From the human T2T-CHM13v2.0 reference genome, Homo sapiens, in assembly GCF_009914755.1 (NCBI RefSeq), contig NC_060927.1: a stretch of DNA of 64,000 nt; one strand, given 5' to 3'. Of this stretch, positions 54,354 to 64,000 are shown piece after piece (position 1 is the stretch's first letter; every line of letters starts with the position of its first letter). The notes below the pieces were generated by a model. The model was given only the letters and a program-made list of their open reading frames with translations, was not told where the DNA came from and did not search any database. A program made the position numbers and the translations under genes.

Positions 54354-56987
54354 ATTTATTTATTTTTTTAGCATGTAGCTTTTTTTCTTATTATACTTTA
54401 AGTTCTAGGGTACATGCGCACAACGTGCAGGTTTGTTACATATGTATACATGCGCCATATTGGTGTGCTGCACCCATTAACTCGTCATTTACATTAGGTA
54501 TATCTCCTAATGCTATCCCTCCCCCCTCCCCCCACTCCATGACAGGCCCCGGTATGTGATGTTCCCCTTCCTGTGTCCAAGTGTTCTTATTGTTCAATTC
54601 CCACCTATGAGTGAGAACATGCGGTGTTCGGTTTTCTGTCCTTGCAATAGTTTGCTGAGAATGATGGTTTCCAGCTTCATCCATGTCCCTACAAAGGACA
54701 CGAAATCATCCTTTTTTATGGCTGCATAGTATTCCATGGTGTATATGTGCCATATTTTCTTAATCCAGTCTATCATTGATGGACATTTGGGTTGGTTCCA
54801 AGTCTTTGCTATTCTGAATGGTGTGCAATAAACATACATGTGCATGTGTCTTTATAGCAGCATGATTTATAATCCTTTGGGTATATACCCAGTAATGGGA
54901 TGGCTGGGTCAAACGGTATTTCTAGTTCTTGATCCCTGAGGAATTGCCATACTGTATTCCACAATGGTTGAACTAGTTTACAGTCCCACCAACAGTGTAA
55001 AAGTGTTCCTATTTCTCCACATCCTCTCCAGCACCTGTTGTTTCCTGAGTTTTTAATGATCACCATTCTAGCTGGTGTGAGATGGTATCTCACTGTGGTT
55101 TTGATTTGCATTTCTCTGATGGCCAGTGATGATGAGCATTTTTTCATGTGTCTGTTGGCTGCATAAATGTCTTCTTTTGAGAAGTGTCTGTTCATATCCT
55201 TTGCCCACTTTTTGATGGGGTTGTTTGTTTTTTTCTGGTAAATTTGCTTGAGTTCATTGTAGATTCTGGCTATTAGCCCTTTGTCAGATGAGTAGATCAC
55301 AAAAATTTTCTCCCATTCTGTAGGTTGCCTGTTCACTCTGATGGTAGCTTCTTTTGCTGTGCAGTAGCTCTTCAGTTTAATTAGATCCCATTCGTCAATT
55401 TTGGCTTTTGTTGCCATTGCTTTCGGTGTTTTAGACATGAAGTCCTTGCCCATGCCTATGTCCTGAATGATATTGCCTAGGTTTTCTTCTAGGGTTTTTA
55501 TGGTTTTAGGTCTAACGTTTAAGTCTTTAATACATCTTGAATTAATATTTATACAAGGTATAAGGAAGGGATCCAGTTTCAGCTTTCTACATATGGCCAG
55601 CCAGTTTTCCCAGCACCATTTATTAAATAGGGAATCCTTTCCCCATTTCTTGTTTTTGTCAGGTTTGTCAAAGATCAGATGGTTGTAGATGTGTGGTATT
55701 ATTTCTGAGGGCTCTGTTCTGTTCCATTGGTCCATATCTCTGTTTTGGTACCAGTACCATGCTGTTTTGGTTACTATAGCCTTGTAGTATAGTTTGAAGT
55801 CAGGTAGCATGATGCCTCCAGCTTTGTTCTTTTGGCTTAGGATTGTCTTGGCAATGCAGGCCCTTTTCTGGTTCCATAATGCTCCAATTAAAAGTCGCAA
55901 ACTGGCAAATTGGATAAAGAGTCAAGACTCTTCAGTGTGCTGTATTCAGGAGACCCATCTCACGTGCAGAGACACACATATGCTCAAAATAAATGGATGG
56001 AGGAAGATCTACCAAGCAAATGGAAAACAGAAAAAGGCAGATGTTGCAATCCTAGTCTCTGATAAAACAGACTTTAAACCAACAAAGATCAAAAGAGACA
56101 AAGAAGGCCATTGCATAATGGTAAAGGGATCAATTCAACAAGAACAGCTAACTATCCTAAATATATATGCACCTAATACAAGAGGACCCAGATTCATAAA
56201 GCAAGTCCTTAGAGACCTACAAAGAGACTTAGACTTCCACACAATAATAATGGGAGACTTGAACACCCTACCGTCAATATTAGACAGATCAACGAGACAG
56301 AAAGTTAACAAGGATATCCAGGAATTGAACTCAGCTCTGCACCAAGCAGACCTAATAGACATCTACAGAACTCTCCACCCCAAATCAATAGAATATACAT
56401 TCTTCTCAGCACCACATCACACTTATTCCAAAATTGACCACATTGTTGGAAGTAAAGCACTCCTCAGCAAATGTAAAAGAACAAAAATTCTTTCTTTTTT
56501 TTAGGCAATCAAACTAGAACTCAGGATTAAGGAACTCACTGAAAACGGCTCAACTACATGGAAACTGAACAACCTGCTCCTGAATGACTACTGGGTACAT
56601 AAAGAAATGAAGGCAGGAATAAAGATGTTCTTTGAAACCAATGAGAACAAAGACACAACATACCAGAATCTCTGGGACACATTTAAAGCAGTGTGTAGAG
56701 GGAAATTTATAGCACTAAATGCCCACAAGAGAAAGCAGAAAAGATCTAAAATTGAATCCCTAACATCACAATTAAAAGAACTAGAGAAGCAAGAGCAAAC
56801 ATATTCAAAAGCTAGAAGAAGGCAAGAAATAACTAAGATCAGAGCAGAACTGAAGGAGATAGAAACAGAAAAAGCCCTTCAAAAAAATCAACGAATCCAG
56901 GAGCTGTTTTTTTTAAAAGATCAACAAAATTGATAGACTGCTAGCAAGACTAATAAAGAAGAAAAGAGAGGAGAATCAAATAGATGC
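54354..56987 (-). mobile_element. 5'-inverted L1PA (L1PA4-6-like): 3' part on - strand (54354-55878), inverted ORF2 endonuclease part on + strand (55879-56987)
   Basis: 16-bp TSD AATAGTGTTCTTCTTT at 54338-54353 and 56988-57003. Strand switch at ...GGTTCCATA|ATGCTCCAATTAAAAG. ORF2 C-terminal peptide on - and EN peptide (CCIQETHL, NIYAPN, SKIDH) on +. Confidence 0.93.
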
Positions 56988-57127
56988 AATAGTGTTCTTC
57001 TTTTAAGTGATAGACTATATTAAGTTATAACTAAAGAATTCAGAGAAGCCTGAAATATAGGTGAATAAAAATAAATGTTTAAATAATTCAATTTTGATTG
57101 ACTTTGGAGTTAATACTCATGCACTAA

Positions 57128-57241
57128 AGAGGTCCAATATATACCTTTAATGATACATATGATAGATATACTTATGACATTTACTTATGTCAGTATAATG
57201 ATATATATACTTATATCATTAAAAGTATATATTGGACCTCT
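57128..57241. repeat. Inverted repeat/hairpin with 28-bp arms
   Basis: AGAGGTCCAATATATACCTTTAATGATA (57128-57155) versus TATCATTAAAAGTATATATTGGACCTCT (57214-57241), 27/28 complementary. Confidence 0.92.
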
Positions 57242-57569
57242 GATATGAGTGTATTCTATTACTAAAAATTACTTCCCATAAGTACCAATCCTGTACTTAC
57301 TATTTACTATGTCCTGACACATCACAGAGAAAATCTCTAGTAGTCCTTGTATCTCTGAAAAATTTTCAGGTGATCAGCTGTAATGTGGCAGGGTCTCTCT
57401 CAGCCTGTCAGGTTGCAGCAGGCAAAGTCCAACATTTGTATTTTATGTTCTCTGCCACCCTAGGCTAAATTATTCATGTGAATTAGTCCTAAAGATTTAC
57501 CACTGAAACACATGAACAAAGTCACTATATGTATTAGTCAGGGTTCTCTAAAGGAATAGAACCAACAGG

Positions 57570-57620
<51 letters not shown>

Positions 57621-58041
57621 CACATCCACACACACACAAACACGGGTATATCTATATATCTATATATAGATATCGATCATACATTATATTTATATATCCA
57701 TATCTATATATACATCTATATATCTATATACATCTATATATCTATATCTATATATCTATTATCTATTGTATTATATATAACATATGGATAGATACATATA
57801 TTTATATATAGTTATAATATATAAATTTCTATAATTATATATACATATATAATATATAAAGATATATAAATTTATATGTTATATACACACATATTTATAT
57901 ATATTTATAATATATAAATTTATATATAATTTATTATATATACATATATAATATATAACTATACAATATATAAATTTATATATTGTATAGTTATAATATA
58001 TAAATGTGTGTCTCTATCCATATATTAGCATGTATATATGC

Positions 58042-58073
<32 letters not shown>
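57570..58073. repeat. (GATA)n tetranucleotide, then (CA)n, low-complexity (TA)-rich tract and (TG)n(TA)n
   Basis: Read directly; about 12 GATA units at 57571-57618. Confidence 0.95.
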
Positions 58074-58074
<1 letters not shown>

Positions 58075-58300
58075 AAAAAGTGTAAATTGGCCCATGCAAT
58101 TATCTAGGCAAAGAAGTCCCACAGTATGCTGTATATAAGGTGGAGAACCAGAACCAGGAAAGTTAATGTTCTATAAAACCAGTCTGAGTCTGAAGACCTG
58201 AGAACTGGGAGCAGGGAGGTGGTGTCTGGTGTGAGTTTCAGAGTCTAAGGGCATAGGAACTAGGAGCTCTGATATCCAAGGGCAGGAGAAGATGGATGTC

Positions 58301-58784
58301 TGTTGTGGTTTGTTAAGTGAAGAAGAATTTAAGTTAGGTTTGGTGTAGTCAGGTACAGCACAATTAGACTACAATTACTTGCAGATTCCAGAAAGAGGAG
58401 TGTAAAATGCCTTGCAGAGCCAATGGAAAGGGTGAGGCAGTCAAGGACACTGTCTCTCACCCAGCAGATGAAAATCAAGTGAGAGATGGAGGGACCTATG
58501 GGTAGAACCCTTTATTGGGGTTCAGGATTACCTAGATGGGTTTTCCACAACAGAGTTGGATTGGTTAATTTGAAGGAAGCATGAGTTTAAGTGTGAGAAC
58601 TTGGGTTACATGATTGTGTTCACCAGACTTAAAGCAAAAATAAGGCAGCAAATGGGACCACATCTATGTCGAAACAGAAACTGGGTGGAGACTGTCTCAA
58701 AATATGTAGGACATTTGTGACAAGCTGGGGACGGACCAAGAAGGTGGTGCTGAGGCAGCACTAATATGAATTAGCGTTACAACA
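58301..58784. mobile_element. ERVL-class solo LTR nested in MLT2
   Basis: TGTTGT...ACAACA inverted termini with a 5-bp TSD ATGTC at 58296-58300 and 58785-58789. Confidence 0.75.
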
Positions 58785-59399
58785 ATGTCCCAGCCCAAGA
58801 AGAGAGTGAATTTACCTTTCCTTCACATTTTTGTTCTGTTCAGTCCATCAATGGATTGGATTCTGCCCACCCACACTGGGGAAGGTGATTTTCTTCATTC
58901 ACTCTACCAGTTCAAATGCTGATTTTTTCCAGAAACACTCTCAAAGACATACCTAGAAATACTTTTTTACAAGCTATTTACTGTTCACAAGCATCCCTTA
59001 GCTCAGTCAAATTGACACATAAAGTTCATCATCATACTATGTAATCCTCTAAGAAAACAGATAATTGCACTGAGCTTCCAGGCTTAGTCTATGGAAAAAT
59101 TCTAGTTTGATGCTTAATAGAACTCGGACAAGTTGCCTCATTCCTTGTTTTTTAATCCAAAACTTGTTTCACCACAAGAAAGTTTTGTTAACATGTTTAA
59201 TAATCCATGATAATGGCATTAGCCTGGATTTTGACTTAATATCAGCAAGCTAAAAAAAAAAAACCTGTTCTTAAAATATGTTGCAACCACCACCCAATCA
59301 CAAAAATTTACTTCATGACTTATTCAGTGCTGTCATTTAGGTTCATTTAGGTTTCATTTAGGTTTAAGTCTCAATAATAAAGTTGTTTTGGGCTGATGA

Positions 59400-59678
59400 T
59401 GGTATCACAGGGTGAAGAAACACTGTAAGAGTATTACATTGCATGATAATAATGCATGCACGCCCTCATGAATTATGAGATCTGTTCCAGTCTGTGTGCT
59501 TGCAAAACAAGTTACTACTGACACTGTAACATTTGAATTGAAAATTAGCTTCATGTTGTTAAGATGATCATATCACCTGAGAGAGTTCCCAAGTCTACAA
59601 TTGCTCTACTAGTTACTATTCAGTGTTTGTGAAAAATTTTAATCTCAGTACTGTGAAGAAGCTGGAAAAAGGGATATT
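59400..59678 (+). promoter_or_regulatory. AADACL2: Presumed AADACL2 proximal promoter and 5' UTR
   Basis: Positional inference only: largely non-repetitive, AT-rich, CpG-poor DNA directly upstream of the ATG. The TSS cannot be placed from sequence. Confidence 0.5.
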
Positions 59679-59816
59679 ATGGGGCTAAAAGCTCTCTGTT
59701 TGGGGCTGCTTTGTGTTCTTTTTGTCTCTCATTTTTACACACCCATGCCAGACAACATTGAAGAAAGCTGGAAAATAATGGCCTTGGATGCCATCGCTAA
59801 AACTTGTACATTTACG
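59679..59816 (+). CDS. AADACL2: Arylacetamide deacetylase-like 2, coding exon 1 (46 codons; remaining exons lie beyond the window)
   Basis: Translates MGLKALCLGLLCVLFVSHFYTPMPDNIEESWKIMALDAIAKTCTFT, which I recognise as the AADACL2 N-terminus (hydrophobic signal anchor, then the AADAC-family Y-T-P-x-P-D-N-x-E-E-x-W motif). Ends at a canonical phase-0 donor ACG|GTAAGG. The ORF-track extension to 59885 is intron read-through. Confidence 0.95.
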
Positions 59817-61069
59817 GTAAGGTTAACATTTATTTTTTCTGTTGGAAATTGGGATGACTTATTGACTAAAAATGGGTGCTTATGAACTCTTTTATTAATA
59901 GTATTAATATCACCATTTTGAAAGAACCATTGCTTGTTTGAGTAAATTAATTAAACAACATTAAGTAAATAAAACTCCCTATATCTGTGAGTAACAGTGA
60001 GACAGAATTCTCAATTCTAAGACTTTATGTCTAAACGTGACATGTATAAAATAAATTTATTGTGACATGTATAAAATAAATGGTATTGCTAAAGGAAAAG
60101 GCTTTGAGGTTTATTTGAGAACTTGACTTAAATTTGAACTTTCAGGGACAACCTAGTCCTGTAATTATCTTTTAGTTGTTTAGATACACATTATTGATAT
60201 TTGTAACTCTTTGATATTAATTTAAGGCTCTTATTATTTAATGGCTTTCATTGTCCATCTTCAATTCTAAATTGCTGGTTTTCAGGCATTATCTGACTTG
60301 GCATGTGCAGAATGAATTATAAATTCATGCAAAAATAGCTCCTTTAAAAGGGAGAGATAGGGTTAGAAACTAATATTTTTGAGTTCTTAAGTTGTATAGG
60401 CTTTGTATAATATGTACTTCCATTGATTCCCCGCTATCCTGCAATTATTTTTATCAGGTTATGGGGTTGGGGAAGAGATTGAGAAGAACATATGCAGGTA
60501 AAAAGTAACAACTCCATAATTTGAACTATAAACTGTCTCATTTTGAAACCCATACTCTTTCTGCCAAGCCAGACAGCTTCCAGAAAGGGTAACAATAAGA
60601 GGCTCAAAGGAGAAGGCCACAGAAGATGATCAGAAAAAAAGAGAGCAACCCATGGTATAAAAAGAAGAGGCTGTCTTATGATGCTTTGTACAGCAAACAG
60701 TATATTTGCTTTGTGAAACCACAGTCAACTCCTTCTGATGTCTGCTAATAGTTTCCCCTGTAATCACTTCTAGAGGCTCACCTTCTCCATAAATTTTCTC
60801 CAATGCTCTTACTTCTTGAGTAAGCATAAGTGGGTAAGCAAGTGTCACTTCCACAGAGAAAATACTATGCTCCCTTTCTTGATTATCTAATTTGTATCTC
60901 AGGGCATTAACTTGTTTAAACCCTACTACAACCCACTGAAGTATTATTATTACTGTCATATAGACAAGGAAATTGAGCTACAGAGAGTAATTTTCTCAAT
61001 GTCTATCAGCTAGTAAGTAGTAGCATAAGATGCTGGTTTAAATGGATGCAGACTTGGCTTTGACATTTA

Positions 61070-61430
<361 letters not shown>

Positions 61431-61945
61431 AAAATAAAGTATAGTGGCTAGATGTTCTCAATTGCCCTGCAAATACCTTAATTTCCTTGGAATAATTATA
61501 ATAATAAAGATTGTTTAATGTGTTATTAACCATGTAATATTTAAGTTTTTTTATGAGTAAACTGTCCAGTGACATAACACAAAAGTCCTCGAGAAGCTGG
61601 TCAGGAATACCAAAGGCAGCTTTTTTCAGTGACATCAAATATGGAATTTAAAGGTGAGGAAAGTGCCCTAATCTTTTTGGAGTTGAAAGCCAAAAAATTT
61701 GGATTATTACTAGTGTGTTCATATGAAGATATTTAAAACTTTGGATTAAATAAAATGAACAATGAAAAAAGAAAACATGACAGCATGCCTACAAAATTTT
61801 TTTTTCTGAAAAAAATTTACAAATCAAAAATAATTACAGCGGCATAAAAAAACTGCTAGTAAATTAGTGGGTTTTGAATAGGACAGCTCTCAGTCTAAAA
61901 TACTAAATATTTGAGATTTTCCTTTTTTATATACAAGGATTTATC

Positions 61946-64000
61946 TTTTTTTTTTTTTTGTCTTTTACTTCAAGTTCTGGGATACATGTGCAGAACGTGC
62001 AGGTTTGTTGCATAGGTATACATGTGCCATGGTGGTTTGCTGCACCTATCAACTCGTCATCTAGGTTTTAAGCCCTGCATGCATTAAGTATTTGTCCTAA
62101 GGCTCTCACTCCCCTTTCCCCCTGCCTCCCGACAGGCCCTGGTGCATGATGTTCCCCTCCCTGTGTCCATGTGTTCTCATTGTTAGACTCCCATTTATGA
62201 GTGAGAACATGTGGTGTTTGGTTTTCTGTTCCTGTGTTAGTTTGCTGAGAATGATGGCTTCCAGCTCCATCTATGTACCTGCAAAGGACATGAACTCATT
62301 CCTTTTTATGGTTGTATAGTATTTCATGGCTTATATGTGCCATATTTTCTTTATCTATTCTATCATTGATGTGCATTTGGGTTGGTTCCAAGTCTTTGTT
62401 ATTGTAAATAGTGCTGCAATAAACATATGTATGCATGTGTCATTACAGTAGAAATATTCATAATCCTTTGGGTATATACCCAGTAATGGGATTGCTGGGT
62501 CAAATGATATTTCTGATTAAAGATCATTGAGGAATTGCCACACTGTATTTCACAATGGTCGAACTAATTTACGCTCCCACCAACAGTGTAAAAGCCTTCC
62601 TATTTCTCTGCATCCATGGCAGCATCTGTTGTTTCCTGACTTTTTAATGATCGCCATTCTAAACACTTCTCTAGTTCTTTTAATTGCGATGTTCGAGTGT
62701 CAATTTCAGATCTATTCAGCTTTCTGATATGGCCATTTAGTGGTATAAATTTCCCTCTTAACACTGCTTTAGCTGTGTCCCAGAGATTCTGCTATGTTGT
62801 CTCTTCATTCTCATTGGTTTGAAAGAACTTCGTTATTTCTGCCTTAATTTAGTTATTTACCCAGTAGTCATTCAGGAGCAAGTTGTTCAACTTCCATGTA
62901 GTTCTGAGATTTTGAGTGAGTTTCTTAATCCTGAGTTCTAATTTGATTGTGCTGTGGTCCGAGAGACTTTTTTTTTTTTAATTTTCATTCTTTTGTATTT
63001 GCTGAGGAGTGTTTTTTCTTCCAATTATGTGGTCAATGTTAGAATAAGTGCTATATGGTGCTGAGAAGAATGTATATTCTGTTGATTTGGGGTGGAGAGT
63101 TCTGTAGATGACTATTAGGTCCCCTTGGTCCAGAGCTGAGTGCAAGTCCTGAGTATCCTTGTTAATTTTCTGTCTCGTTGATCTGTCTAATATTGACAGT
63201 GGGTGTTAAGGTCTCCCACTAGTAGTTTGTGGGAGTCTAAGTCTCTTTGAAGGTCTCTAAGAACTTGTTTTATGAAACCTGGTGCTCCCGTATTGGATGC
63301 ATATATATTTAGGATAGTTAGCTCTTCTTGTTGCCTTGGTACCTTTACCATTGTGTAATGTCCTTCTTTGTCTTTGATCTTTGTTGGTATAAAGTCTGTT
63401 TTATCAGAGACTAGATTTGCAACCCTTGCTTTTTTTTTCCATTTGCTTGGTGAATCTTCCTCAATCCCTTTATTTTGAGCCTATGTGTGTCTTTCAATGT
63501 GAGATGGGTCTCCTGAATACAGCACACTGATGAGTCTTGACTTCTTATCCAATTTGCTAGCCTGTGTCTTTTAATAGGGGCATTAACCCATTTACATTTA
63601 AAGTAAACATTGTTATGTATGAATTTGATCCTGTCATCATGAAGCTAGCTAGTTATTTTGCACAATAGTCAATGCAGTTTCTTCAGAGTGTCATTGGTCT
63701 TTATATTTTGGTGTGTTTTTTCAGTGGCTGGTACCAGTTTTTCTTTTCCATATTTATTTCCTTTCCATGTTTCTTTCCATATTTATTTCCTTTCCATGTT
63801 TTCTCCTTATTTCCTTTTGTAAGGCAGGCCTGGTGGTGACAAAATCTCTCAGCATTTGCATGTCTGGAAAAGATTTCATTTCTCCTTTGCTTACGAAGCT
63901 TAGTTTGGCTGGATACGAAATTCTGGGTTGAAAATTCTTTTCTTTAAGAATGTTGAATATTTGTCCCCACTCTCTTCTGGCTTGTAGAGTTTCTGCAGAG
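61946..64000 (-). mobile_element. L1PA7/8-like element with a large internal ORF2 deletion, continuing past the window edge
   Basis: PolyT and 3' UTR 'tctgggatacatgtgcagaacgtgcagg'. Jumps at ~62661 from late ORF2 to the EN region, then ORF1 3' sequence ('gcaggcctggtggtgacaaaatctctcagc'). Confidence 0.88.

Larger units (their letters stand above)
57530..59036 (-). mobile_element. MLT2 (HERV-L) LTR expanded by simple repeats and interrupted by another LTR
   Basis: 'tgtattagtcagggttctct...agaaccaacaggagatag' and 'cagtcaaattgacacataaagtt' are MLT2-type termini. Confidence 0.8.

Noticed and set aside
54809-55900. Longest ORF (363 aa) as a cellular gene
   Set aside because: It is the L1 ORF2 C-terminus, with a non-ATG start borrowed from the inversion junction.
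59817-59885. C-terminal 22 aa of ORF 59679-59885
   Set aside because: Intron read-through past the GTAAGG donor, not part of the protein.
60038-60081. Tandem duplication GTGACATGTATAAAATAAAT x2
   Set aside because: Ordinary short intronic slippage duplication with no further signal.

Overview
Primate genomic DNA, very probably human chr3q25.1. About 59.5 kb of repeat-dense upstream DNA is followed by coding exon 1 (59679-59816, + strand) and the start of intron 1 of the arylacetamide deacetylase-like gene AADACL2. That exon is the only cellular protein-coding sequence I can support; nearly every other ORF in the track is Alu-, L1- or ERV-derived or is chance. The main structures are: (1) a two-LTR MER31-type ERV1 element (5054-16781, AGGG target-site duplication, tRNA-Ser PBS) carrying nested AluY, L1PA, MER21A, Alu and MER50 insertions; (2) a multiply deleted HERV-K(HML-3)/MER9 provirus (26902-~32366) with an in-frame Gag-dUTPase junction and no 3' LTR; (3) nested L1 and MaLR debris; (4) a 5'-inverted (twin-primed) L1PA about 2.7 kb upstream of the AADACL2 ATG. 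Non-obvious features include a ~220-bp unique-looking segment copied into an Alu (TA)n tail from 3 kb away, two perfect AT-rich palindromes, a 28-bp-stem hairpin near the AADACL2 promoter, and a filler in the L1 endonuclease that removes the catalytic His motif and looks like a splice acceptor. I found no convincing novel biological system; the findings are rearrangement footprints and regulatory hypotheses. Repeat subfamily names come from remembered consensus sequences, and most repeat boundaries are approximate; both need RepeatMasker/Dfam confirmation.
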